Source: Planctomycetota bacterium (GTDB taxonomy: Bacteria; Planctomycetota; Planctomycetia; JALXBF01). From it: a DNA stretch of 58,009 bases. The stretch covers positions 1 through 58,009 of the forward strand of contig JALSID010000227.1 of the NCBI GenBank assembly GCA_026981825.1, read 5' to 3'. Made by a program: the position numbers and the translations under genes. The notes under the pieces were generated by a model, which did no database searches, was not told the DNA's origin, and was given only the letters and a program-made list of their open reading frames with translations. This document shows positions 10,456 through 19,976 of the stretch, piece by piece (the stretch's first letter is position 1; every line of letters begins with the position of its first letter).

Positions 10456-11697
10456 CTAGTTGGCAGGACGGAATCTGACGGTCGGCGCTATGCATATCCC
10501 CCCCCAGGCGGGAAACACGACGTTCGCCTCGGCGTTGCGGTTCGGAAGCCGCACCTTGCGCTGTTTGACGGCCACCAGGCCCGGCATGGTGCGGGGTGCA
10601 GCAACCGCCTGGGGCGAATACCGAGTCAGGAGGTAATCCATGCTCCAGTTGATCCGCTCGGCCAGCGCATACTCCCGGATCAGCCGCGCCAGCACGACGA
10701 GGCGGAACAGGTTGTGGAGATCATGGAAAATAGGAAACCGCTGCTCGAGAACGTCCAAGGCTTCAGTGAACGACCGGGCGAACTGCTGGGCCGCAGGTGT
10801 TGTCGGAGTGACCCGTCGGTCGCCCGTTTGGAGCCGGTAATAGCTTTCGGTCACGAGCTTCAGCAACCGCTTGGGCAGCTCAAAGGCGGTAAACGCTTCG
10901 TCCGCCTGAAGGGGCGTGTCGTTTGCGACAAACCAGAAGCGGCTTCCGGTGGCCGGGAGTGGCACCGCCCCACCTTTTCGGCGCACTTGCCGGACGTGTT
11001 GCTCAAACTCCAGCTCCACGTACGGTTTCAACCCCGGAATCTCGACCTTCCGGAGAGCGAGCGAATACCGCTTCATTTCCCAGTCGGCGTACGCCATAAC
11101 AAGGGCAAAGCGGGTCCGACGCGGCACACCGACCAGGACGGCGTCCTGCTCCCCCCAGACCGACTGTATCCGCCGTTCGAGCCTCTGGAGCTCCTCCCTG
11201 GTGTGTGGGGTGCGCGTGCTGCGAAGCACCTCTGCGACGGCACGCAACGCCGCAGGGCGAGGCTCCAGCGACAGCGTGGGGGGCTCGGGCGTGAAGTACG
11301 CATTGCGTAGGGCGACCACAAGATCATCCAGAGTAACCAGCGGAAGACCGGTGCGTCGGTCGAGCGCCGTATGCCCCTGAAACACCTGCCAATTCTCCGC
11401 TTTGGGGCCTTCAAGCACAATGTCCTCCTTGACGAGAAACACGCGCTCGATGCGGAGCAGCCCGGCAAGAAAGCGCTGACGATCACGGAGGGGACGGCCA
11501 GCTTCGCGATCACGCTGCACCGATCGCTCGAGCCGCCGGAGCCAGACGCGTACCAGACCGTGGCGCTGATCCGGGCGGACGTGAGCCTGACCGGCTCGCG
11601 CCGCCATCATCCCGGAAAGCATCGCCCCCAAGAACGTCCTTCTGCTTGGGTAATGTCGCGGCCCGCCCATGCCACCAGGACCGAGGATAGCGTCCAT
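10456..11697 (-). CDS. DUF1598-like exported protein with Tat-type signal
   Basis: LAGLLRIERVFL..DIVLEGP, LDDLVVALR, FALVMAYADWEMKR and FHDLHNLF recalled as DUF1598 blocks; SRRTFL twin-arginine; GGAGG RBS before ATG 11697. Confidence 0.75.
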   Translation of the reverse strand: MDAILGPGGMGGPRHYPSRRTFLGAMLSGMMAARAGQAHVRPDQRHGLVRVWLRRLERSVQRDREAGRPLRDRQRFLAGLLRIERVFLVKEDIVLEGPKAENWQVFQGHTALDRRTGLPLVTLDDLVVALRNAYFTPEPPTLSLEPRPAALRAVAEVLRSTRTPHTREELQRLERRIQSVWGEQDAVLVGVPRRTRFALVMAYADWEMKRYSLALRKVEIPGLKPYVELEFEQHVRQVRRKGGAVPLPATGSRFWFVANDTPLQADEAFTAFELPKRLLKLVTESYYRLQTGDRRVTPTTPAAQQFARSFTEALDVLEQRFPIFHDLHNLFRLVVLARLIREYALAERINWSMDYLLTRYSPQAVAAPRTMPGLVAVKQRKVRLPNRNAEANVVFPAWGGICIAPTVRFRPAN

Positions 11698-11799
11698 GTC
11701 ATCCCTCCAGCGGGAAGCGGACATAAAAGACGCGGGGAGCCCAAAGCGACTCCCCGCGGGGCTAGGTGCTCGTAATTCCCTGTGCAGGTGTTTCGATAG

Positions 11800-12267
11800 C
11801 TAGTCGCTTGTGGCGAAGTCGCCCTCTCCTGGCTGCTCGCTCGAAACGGTCTGCTTTGCTCGGCTCAGTGTGCCGGTCGTGTCCGTCTTCGCGTCAACGG
11901 TCGGATCGATCTTTACACCACCGCCAGCTCCACCGAAGCCGCCTCCGCCATAGCCCCCTCCCATGCCACCGCCGAGGCCACCCATGCCACCACCAAAGCC
12001 GCCCATGCCGCCACCAAAGCCCCCGCCAAACTGAGCAAGCGTACGGTCACGGTCCGCCGGAGCTTCCTTCTGAGCACGCGTGGCCTGCTCGCCGACGGCG
12101 GCACTGGCTTGCGGTTCGGCCGGCGCCGTCAGAGCAGATGTCTTCTCGCCCTCTCCCTGACCACCCCCGCCGCTATCGGAACCGCTCTTGCACCCACAGG
12201 CAAACCAGAGCAGCGACGCCGGTAGGACCGCGAACAGAACAGCGGACCGCCACATCCAACTACGCAT
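11800..12267 (-). CDS. Gly/Met-rich putative lipoprotein, hypothetical
   Basis: Hydrophobic signal ending in FACGC; low-complexity GGFGGGMGGFGGGMGGLGGGMGG tract; GGAG RBS. Confidence 0.6.
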   Translation of the reverse strand: MRSWMWRSAVLFAVLPASLLWFACGCKSGSDSGGGGQGEGEKTSALTAPAEPQASAAVGEQATRAQKEAPADRDRTLAQFGGGFGGGMGGFGGGMGGLGGGMGGGYGGGGFGGAGGGVKIDPTVDAKTDTTGTLSRAKQTVSSEQPGEGDFATSD

Positions 12268-12671
12268 TGCAGAAATCTCCGCGTGTGTCGATGGGGACAC
12301 CTAATTAAGTATCGGACATCGCCCGAGTTCTGTCAACAACGCGAATCAACGGGCGAGATCCACCCTTATAGTCGTGCCCCGGCCGTGCGGGTTCACGACC
12401 GAGCCCCGAATCACCGCGTTCTCTTAGTCCGCGCAACGTGCACGACGTGACCCGCAAGAGCAGTCCTTGGCCACCGCGCTTCGCCACCCGTCCAACGCGA
12501 ACGGGAAGCGCCGCCCGAGAGCTGTCGCCACCACGACGTCCTCAGATCGCTTCTAGGACAGCGTGCCGTCGAACGGAGAACCTAGCGACATTCTGGACTG
12601 GTCAGTAACCACCGTTAGTGGTAGATAGCGTTCAGCAGCGAACGCGGGCTGTTGGCAAGGAGCGTGCACGG

Positions 12672-15600
12672 ATGCACCGGTATAAGGTTCGATGGAGCAT
12701 AGTGCTGGCGGCATTCCTTGTAGTCCAACCGCCCGCCCTGCGCGCCGGGGAAGAGCGATCCTCGTCCTCGCTGCCGCCGGTCACCCTAGTACTGAGCTGG
12801 CAGCTCGAGCACGATGCTGCGCCCGAGATCAGCGTCGATGTTCAAGACGGCCGGATTGTAGCGGTTGAGCCGACCGCCTCCCCGAGTACCCCCCCGTTCA
12901 CGCTCGTGGCCGACCAACAGGGACGCCAGCGGATCCGGTGGCAGCGGCCCTCGACTAGGGGGCAGGTCGGTTTGCTGGTGGCCGCGAAGCCGAGTTCATC
13001 CATTGAAGTCGGGTACGACGGGAAGGTCTTGCGCACCTCTCTCCTGGAACTCACCGAAAGTCCCGCCTCGATCCGCTGGAACGCGGGGGAATTGCGCGTC
13101 GAACGTCCTGCCTCGGATATCGTACGGGTACGAACGGACCATCCCAATCTGATTCTGAAGCCACACGAGGAACTGAACATCCAGTTCGCGTTCTACCTTT
13201 TGTCGCCCTCCGACCGTGCCGTCCCCGTACAGATCCGCCTCGGCCTCGCCCAGAGTGGTCGGCGTCCGCTGGAGTACCCGATCGACGGTCGTTACCGGGT
13301 GGTGACCAACGAGCCGGAACGAGCCAAATTCAATCTGAGGATGCGTGCACCTGGAGAATCCGGAGTGTACGAGATCGTCCTACAGGTTCGGCGCGAAACC
13401 GGCCCGGGGTGGCACCGCCGGGTGCCCTTTGTGGTCGTTTCCCCTGACCCACCCCCTCCGTCCCGAGCCCTCACCCTGGAACAGTGGTGGGCAGAAGGCA
13501 AACTTCTCGCTTCGGCGGAGGCGGTAGACGGTGAGTGGCACCTATCACGGCCCTGGTGGGGATGGCTGGACGGTCTTCGCTCGCTGATGAGGCGGTCCGG
13601 GCCGCAGGTAGCGTCGGCGGAGGAGGGAGGGAACGGCTGGGTGCTGAACCTACAAAGCGACGACGCCATGTACGTCCTCGAGCTCAGAGCTGAAGGGGAC
13701 GCGGAACCGGTCTTACAAGCCACTCTAGAACCTGTGGATGGCGAAGGACCATCGCGACTTGTACCGGCGCTCAGTGCCCCCATCAACCTTGTGCTCCAAC
13801 CCCCTTCGGTTGCGGGAATTGGGCGATCCGTTACGAGGACACGCCTGTTGCTTCCCGGTTCGAACACCACGCTCACCCTCCGCTGTCTGCCACTGCTGAG
13901 CGGCGGTGGCAACGCGGAGTGGCGGATCTACCAGGTGCCGCCCATCCGTGAGCTGGTCCAAACGTTTCCGTCGCGCTTGCCTGACCTGGACAGGGGGCGT
14001 ATCCGGGCCGCCTACCTGGCCGACCTCCGGCACCTCTTCCTCTACGGTGGCGTACGCACACCGAGCCAGTGGGAGGATGAGCCCGCGTCGAGTTGGACAG
14101 CTCTCTATCGGGCAGCAGACGGCCTCGCCTGTTACGCGCGTGTCCTGGGTGCCGACGCCGTCTTTCTGCCCGTCACGCTACACGGGAAGTCGATGTGGCC
14201 GGCCAAGCCGCCGGCCCATACCGCGACCTGGGATCCCGACCGCGCAACTTCTTCACTGGGAAGACTACCGCCAAAGGATGCGCCCGAGCTCTTCTTTCGC
14301 GTGCTCGCTCGCTACCGACTGCACTGCATTCCCGTGTTCGAATTTGGAACGCGACACCAGTTCAACCCTCTCGACAAGCGCTCCACCGCTCGGGCGCTTG
14401 CCATCGTGGCCGATTTCGTAGCACATTACCAGCACAACACGAACTTCCCCGCGTTGGCCGTTCGTCTATCCCCCCTAGCCGGAACCTGCTTAGCCGATCT
14501 TTACGATGGTCTGAATGACGAGGTACTGGGACAATTTGCGAGCGAGACAGGGCTGAAAATGCCCCCTCTAACGGGCGATGCGCTTCGGAACTGGGTGGTG
14601 GCCAATGCCCGGGACCGTCTGATCCAGTGGCGGTGCGCCCGGATCGCCCAATTCATCCAGCAGTTGTTGCACACGGCTCGATCCGCTCAACCACAGCGCA
14701 AACTGATCGTGATCCTGGACCTGAGTGACCCGAAATGGACCCGGAAGTTACGGAGCGCCGTACACCGGGGGAGCGATTTCACCTCCGCTCTCCAGGAATG
14801 TGGGATTTCCTTCGCTCACTGGCCTACCGGCGAAGACTTGATCCTATGCCGACCGTTTGTAGACGCCGAGCAAACGGTCAACTCGCTCTGGTTGAACCGC
14901 GCCGAGTCCCTGAACGACCTGTTCCGTGACTGGGCAGTTCTTGGGGGGATTCGTGGCCCCGAGCGAACAAACGGCGGGGAGGGCAGGAACGCTGTCCTGG
15001 GACCGGACCATGACGAATTGGGGCTGGGCGGGATTCGCATGCTCGCCCAGCTCGACGCCCAGTGGGTCATCGACGAGGTGAGTGTCCCGCTCGTTCCCAA
15101 CGAACTTCTCGACCGGGAGCTCGAGCGGTTGATCCGAACGTTGCCGCGGGGTAAGGGGGTTACCCGGACGCGGGGCCCGGTGATCGTCCGGCAGTGGACC
15201 GAGAGCCAGGTCCGGCGTTGGCTGGTGGTCAACCGCGCGCCCTATCCCGTTGTGGGCAAACTCACCTTCGCTGGCCCGGGCCAGGTGCGGCAGGAGGTGG
15301 TACGGCGTGGAATGACGACGGAAATCGTGAACGGCAGCGAGGTGACGATCCGATTCGACGGCGAAACCTTCGTCCTGCTTGCGGCGCCGGCGAGCACCGA
15401 GTTGGAAAGACTGCATGTCGAGCTCCCCCCCGCCTCGCGCAACTACTTGCACAAGCGATTCCGCGAACTGATGAATGCGGTGTCGATCCTGCGTGACGAG
15501 ATGCAAGTGGCAACGCCGGCCCTTGTACCCGACGGGGGGTTCGAGCAGAGTGCCGGTATGGCACCGAAGTGGGAATTCACCCCGGCAAGTGCTGCTACGG

Positions 15601-16124
15601 TCACCAGGGAAGCAGCCCACACCGGCGAGGCCGGGCTTCGCGTAACGGCGCCGCAACCGAACCATGCGGCCTATGTGTTGAGCTGGCCGTTCACCATACC
15701 CCCTGGCGCGGAGGTGCTTGTTCGCTTCCACGCACGGGCCGTCAGCGGTCCAGCCAAGTTGTCTGCCTGGCTGGTCGCCGCCGACGCTCCGAAGCGCGGC
15801 GCTGTGGCCTACACGAAAGAACTGGCCACGGAATGGAAAGAACACGAGATCCGCATCCATGACTTGGCCGAAGGTCAATGGTCCTGGCGGCTCGTGTTTG
15901 AAATTCACAACGGAACGGTGGACATTGACGATGTTGAGGTGCGGGCACGCACGATCACGCCTGAGGAACGGAACGTTATGATCAAGAGTCTCGCTCCGGC
16001 GGTGAAGGCCTGGTACGAGAAGCGGTGGAACGATTTCTCGTCCATTACCTCCGGCTACTGGCCCCAGTACCTGCTCAGACGGTTTCGCACCGGGCAGGTG
16101 GACCGATCCGATTCCACACCATGA
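12672..16124 (+). CDS. Large exported protein with GHL10 (DUF187)-like TIM barrel and C-terminal CBM4/9-like domain
   Basis: Signal peptide; LGADAVFLPV..GKSMWP..ELFFRVLARYRLHCIPVFEF; LVPDGGFEQ...AHTGEAGLRV...IDDVEV; AAGGAG RBS. Confidence 0.65.
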   Translation: MHRYKVRWSIVLAAFLVVQPPALRAGEERSSSSLPPVTLVLSWQLEHDAAPEISVDVQDGRIVAVEPTASPSTPPFTLVADQQGRQRIRWQRPSTRGQVGLLVAAKPSSSIEVGYDGKVLRTSLLELTESPASIRWNAGELRVERPASDIVRVRTDHPNLILKPHEELNIQFAFYLLSPSDRAVPVQIRLGLAQSGRRPLEYPIDGRYRVVTNEPERAKFNLRMRAPGESGVYEIVLQVRRETGPGWHRRVPFVVVSPDPPPPSRALTLEQWWAEGKLLASAEAVDGEWHLSRPWWGWLDGLRSLMRRSGPQVASAEEGGNGWVLNLQSDDAMYVLELRAEGDAEPVLQATLEPVDGEGPSRLVPALSAPINLVLQPPSVAGIGRSVTRTRLLLPGSNTTLTLRCLPLLSGGGNAEWRIYQVPPIRELVQTFPSRLPDLDRGRIRAAYLADLRHLFLYGGVRTPSQWEDEPASSWTALYRAADGLACYARVLGADAVFLPVTLHGKSMWPAKPPAHTATWDPDRATSSLGRLPPKDAPELFFRVLARYRLHCIPVFEFGTRHQFNPLDKRSTARALAIVADFVAHYQHNTNFPALAVRLSPLAGTCLADLYDGLNDEVLGQFASETGLKMPPLTGDALRNWVVANARDRLIQWRCARIAQFIQQLLHTARSAQPQRKLIVILDLSDPKWTRKLRSAVHRGSDFTSALQECGISFAHWPTGEDLILCRPFVDAEQTVNSLWLNRAESLNDLFRDWAVLGGIRGPERTNGGEGRNAVLGPDHDELGLGGIRMLAQLDAQWVIDEVSVPLVPNELLDRELERLIRTLPRGKGVTRTRGPVIVRQWTESQVRRWLVVNRAPYPVVGKLTFAGPGQVRQEVVRRGMTTEIVNGSEVTIRFDGETFVLLAAPASTELERLHVELPPASRNYLHKRFRELMNAVSILRDEMQVATPALVPDGGFEQSAGMAPKWEFTPASAATVTREAAHTGEAGLRVTAPQPNHAAYVLSWPFTIPPGAEVLVRFHARAVSGPAKLSAWLVAADAPKRGAVAYTKELATEWKEHEIRIHDLAEGQWSWRLVFEIHNGTVDIDDVEVRARTITPEERNVMIKSLAPAVKAWYEKRWNDFSSITSGYWPQYLLRRFRTGQVDRSDSTP

Positions 16125-16284
16125 CGCCGGTCCCCTCGATCTGCAGCTCCGCAACAGGAAACGGGTCTACTCGGTGCGGCAAATCAGGAACGCTCCCCCC
16201 ATAGCTCCGGGCACGCCGGTGCAGCTACCCGCTGCACCAGCAGTTGGCGGAGCGGACCGGGCAGCTCTAGCGGGAGAGCCCCGT

Positions 16285-17706
16285 TCAGCGTTTCCTCTGG
16301 GGACGCCGTCCCCACCGATGTGCCCGCTCGGGGTCGTAATCGGGGTTAGCGGTGGGTAAGCGAGCCCCGACCTCGGTGAGCCACATCTGGAGCATCTTCT
16401 TGAGTGCCGCCGCCTTTTCCGGCTCAGCCTGTGCAAGATTCGTCTGTTCGGACAGATCGTTCGCCAGGTTATATAGCTCGCTTCGCCCGTCCTCGTAGAA
16501 GTAGATCAGCTTCCAGCTCCCACTGCGAATGGCACTGGCCGGGGTTGCATGGTGATAATGGGGGTAATGCCAGTAGAGCGTTTGTCGCTCCACTGCCGCC
16601 GATCCGGTCAAAGCTGGGAGCAGACTTACGCCGTCGACGTGCCATTCCTCCGGGATCGCCTGTCCTACCGCCTCGGCGACGGTGGGAAAGATGTCGATAC
16701 TGCAGGCCAGGTCGTGGCGCACGGCCCCTGCCCTGGCGACGTTCGGCCAACGGACAATCATGGGCACGCGTATGCCACCTTCGTACAGGGTGCCCTTCTC
16801 GCCACGCAGAGGTTCCAGACTGCTGACGATCGGTCCCTGTCCGTCGAACCGCTGTCGTAGGCCGCCATTGTCGGAAGTGAAGATCACCAGGGTCCTGTCC
16901 TCGAGGCCGAGTTCTTCGAGCAACCGCAGGATTTTGCCCACGCTCTCGTCCACATGCTCGACCATTGCCGCATAGACCGGGTTGTACACACCCGGGCCTG
17001 GACGCGGCTTACGTCGGTACTTTTCGATGGTGGATTCCTTGGCCTCAAGAGGAATGTGAACGGCGTAATGGGCCAGAAATAGGAGGAACCTCTCCTGACG
17101 GTGCTTCCGGATGAAGTGCAACGCCTTGTCCGTCAGGTAGTCCGCCAGGTATGTGCCATCGGGCACGGACTCAGGGGGGATCGTTCGAAACCGAGGCGCG
17201 AAATGTCGTCCCGATGTGACCACCCATTCGTCGAATCCCTGGCGGTCCGGAAAGAAGGCACGTCCGCCGAGATGCCACTTTCCAAAGTATCCCGTTACAT
17301 AACCGGCCGGCTTGACCAGCTCTGCAAGGGTGACCTCCTCAAGGGGTAGGTGGTTCAGGATCGGCGGTGGCACCAGTTTCGCCCAGGGTCTCCAGTGACC
17401 GGGAATAAAGTCGGTGATGCCCACTCGTGCTGGGTACTTGCCGGTCATGACGGCTGCACGGGTGGGGGAACAGACCGGTGCAGCAGCGTAAGCATCGGTG
17501 AATCGCACCCCTTCAGCGGCAAGCCGATCGATGTTTGGGGTATCGTGGAATTGGTTTCCATAGCAGCCCAGGTCGCGCCAGCCCATGTCGTCGATCAAGA
17601 TCACGACGATGTTGGGCGGACGCTCCTGGCTGCCCCATGCACCGGTCGAAACAACGGCAGCGACGACCAACGCAAGCAGTGCCAAGTTCCTCGTGGTCGA
17701 AGTCAT
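16285..17706 (-). CDS. Exported sulfatase (formylglycine-dependent family S1)
   Basis: PNIVVILIDDMG, CSPTRAAVMTG (CxPxR), GKWHLG, FTSDNGG and GEKGTLYEGGIRVP. Confidence 0.95.
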   Translation of the reverse strand: MTSTTRNLALLALVVAAVVSTGAWGSQERPPNIVVILIDDMGWRDLGCYGNQFHDTPNIDRLAAEGVRFTDAYAAAPVCSPTRAAVMTGKYPARVGITDFIPGHWRPWAKLVPPPILNHLPLEEVTLAELVKPAGYVTGYFGKWHLGGRAFFPDRQGFDEWVVTSGRHFAPRFRTIPPESVPDGTYLADYLTDKALHFIRKHRQERFLLFLAHYAVHIPLEAKESTIEKYRRKPRPGPGVYNPVYAAMVEHVDESVGKILRLLEELGLEDRTLVIFTSDNGGLRQRFDGQGPIVSSLEPLRGEKGTLYEGGIRVPMIVRWPNVARAGAVRHDLACSIDIFPTVAEAVGQAIPEEWHVDGVSLLPALTGSAAVERQTLYWHYPHYHHATPASAIRSGSWKLIYFYEDGRSELYNLANDLSEQTNLAQAEPEKAAALKKMLQMWLTEVGARLPTANPDYDPERAHRWGRRPQRKR

Positions 17707-17790
17707 GGCAGATCCCACGGCAAGGGTGAGCAGGCGCGCGTAGGAGTCTAGCACGATTGTAACCGGCGGAGGAGGCTTTCCCACCAGGAG

Positions 17791-17812
17791 GATCGGCCCG
17801 GGCGGGCCGATC
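17791..17812. terminator. Perfect 10-bp GC hairpin downstream of the fabF-like gene
   Basis: GATCGGCCCG-GG-CGGGCCGATC; no U-tract, so terminator function is uncertain. Confidence 0.35.
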
Positions 17813-17839
17813 GGAGGGGTAAGGCGGATCTATCCGATC

Positions 17840-19060
17840 TTACGCAGCGGCGCGCACCGCCGGCGCGTAGCAAGCCGGATGACGAAGGATAGCCGCTCCG
17901 AAATGGCCCCCGAAAGCGATCGACAGCTTCAGGGCGGTCTCAATCGGCTTTTGCACACCATGGAGCGGTGTACAGTCAATGGCGCACTCGGGATCGGGAT
18001 CGAAGAGATTCGCCGTTGGGGGAATATAACCGTCGCGGACCGCCAGAGCCGTCACAGCAAGCTCGACCCCCCCAGCAGCACAAATCAAGTGGCCAATCAT
18101 CGACTTCGTCGCACTCACTTTAACCCGCTCCGTGTGACGCCCGAACGCGAGGCGGATCGCCTGTGCCTCGGTCAAATCGTTCACCTTCGTGGCTGTCCCA
18201 TGTGCGTTGATGTAGTCCACCTCCGTCGCGCTCAGGCGGTTCTTCCAGAGGCAGCGCCGGATCAGGGCAGCCACCCCGGACGGATCCGGATTCAAACCGG
18301 TGATGTGGTAGGCGTCACTACCGATGATACCGCCCACGAGCACGGCATAGATGGACGCACCTCGCCGGATCGCCTGGCTCATCCGTTCCATCACGAACAC
18401 CGCAGCCCCCTCCCCCACGACAAAGCCACACCTCTGTCGGTCAAAGGGACGGCAGGCATGTTCGGCCGGTGCGGATCGGGGGGCAAGCACCCGCAGCCGC
18501 TCGAATCCGCTCACCGTGAAGATATCCAGCGAAGCGTCGGCCGACCCGGCCAGGACGAGGTCGCAGTAGTCGTCTTCGAGACACTGAGCCGCACGAAGAA
18601 CGGCAAAAAGTCCGGTGGCACACGCCGCGGCCGGGCTGAGCACAGGGCCCTTCAATCCATACTCGCGTGCAACAATCGCTGCGGTACTGCTCGGATACGC
18701 CGCCTCGAACGCCTGGGGATCCCCCTGACGCACGCCGATCAGGGTGGCGGCGGCAGGGCAACCCGTGGCACCAAGCACGCAGCCAATCCGCGCACGATCC
18801 ATGCAGCGGAGCTGGACACGAGCGTCGGCAAGGGCTTCGGAGGTGGCCCAAAGGGCCATCTTCGTGGCCCGGTTGAACGGTCGCGGGTCAGCGTCCAACT
18901 CGGCAAACGGAGACGGCCCGCCAAGGACTTCCTCGCCGGTGATGAGGCGGATCCTCCTCGTCCCCGTGCGTCCCGCTTTGATGAGCGTCCAGCTCGCGTC
19001 TCTGCCGATCGCAAGGGGCGTAATCAGCCCGATGCCCGTTATCACCACGGGATCCTGCAC
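17840..19060 (-). CDS. fabF: Beta-ketoacyl-ACP synthase, FabF-like
   Basis: VVITGIG, catalytic AACATG (Cys), YINAHGTAT (His), KSMIGH (His), GFVVGEGAA; GTG start at 19060, 11 nt after the upstream stop. Confidence 0.85.
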   Translation of the reverse strand: MQDPVVITGIGLITPLAIGRDASWTLIKAGRTGTRRIRLITGEEVLGGPSPFAELDADPRPFNRATKMALWATSEALADARVQLRCMDRARIGCVLGATGCPAAATLIGVRQGDPQAFEAAYPSSTAAIVAREYGLKGPVLSPAAACATGLFAVLRAAQCLEDDYCDLVLAGSADASLDIFTVSGFERLRVLAPRSAPAEHACRPFDRQRCGFVVGEGAAVFVMERMSQAIRRGASIYAVLVGGIIGSDAYHITGLNPDPSGVAALIRRCLWKNRLSATEVDYINAHGTATKVNDLTEAQAIRLAFGRHTERVKVSATKSMIGHLICAAGGVELAVTALAVRDGYIPPTANLFDPDPECAIDCTPLHGVQKPIETALKLSIAFGGHFGAAILRHPACYAPAVRAAA

Positions 19061-19071
19061 TGTCCTTCCCC

Positions 19072-19764
19072 CTACGCAGCGTTTGCCACTGCGTCCCTTC
19101 TGCCTCCGTCGGCCGGAATTGTCCGCGGCCTGCCTGCTGCGATTTGCTCTGCCTCCTCTTGCACACGATCCATCGCGTGCTGCAACAAACGACGGGCGTA
19201 GCCGAGATTCATCTGTCTCGTGATCTGAATCGGCGCCGACGCCCTGACGATGATCGTTGCGCCCGGCCGAGGCAACACGAAACGATCCCAACTGCGAACC
19301 CGCCAGCACGCACTGTAGGCAAACCCCACAGCCACCACCGGCATGCCCGTTACCTGAGCCAGGAACGCCACCCCCTCCTTCAAGACGCGCCGCGGCCCAC
19401 GCGGGCCATCGGGCGTGATCGCAATATGCCACTGTCGCGCCACGCGGACCAGTTCGCGCAAAGCTCGCCCGCCCCCCCGAGTCGTCGAGCCCCGCACAGG
19501 CCGGAAGCCAAAGCGACTCACGATCCTTGCAATGTACTCACCATCCCGGTGCTCACTGATCAAAGCCGCAATACGACTGTGCGCAAACACATAGACCGGC
19601 GTCAGAATGTTCTCGTGCCAGATCGAATAGATGAACGGTCGAGCCGCCCGCCTGGGCTTTACCCAGTCCGGTGCCAGCACCACCGGCCGGGTCGTGCGCA
19701 TCCACCCCCTGAGCCAGCTCGCACCAAGCCACTCGACCATCCATGCCGCTGACTTCACCTTCAC
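19072..19764 (-). CDS. DUF374 / lysophospholipid acyltransferase-family protein
   Basis: IWHENI, ISEHRDGEYIA, VRGSTTRGG and ITPDGPRGP motifs; GTG 19764 with GGAG RBS. Confidence 0.88.
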   Translation of the reverse strand: MKVKSAAWMVEWLGASWLRGWMRTTRPVVLAPDWVKPRRAARPFIYSIWHENILTPVYVFAHSRIAALISEHRDGEYIARIVSRFGFRPVRGSTTRGGGRALRELVRVARQWHIAITPDGPRGPRRVLKEGVAFLAQVTGMPVVAVGFAYSACWRVRSWDRFVLPRPGATIIVRASAPIQITRQMNLGYARRLLQHAMDRVQEEAEQIAAGRPRTIPADGGRRDAVANAA

Positions 19765-19976
19765 GCTCGACTCCGAGCTCCCAATTCCTGTGCGCCGCAC
19801 GCTATCGGGTTCGACCAGGGCTGTCAACGCGGGTCAAGCACACACCAGCACCGCCGTCAAACACTCGGGCATCGGCGCCGAAACAACTACCCCTCACAAT
19901 GGCTCAGCCCCACGCGAAGCCCAAAACAGCTCCCATCCCCCAGACAGCCATCTCGCACCAACCGAACACGCCGGGC

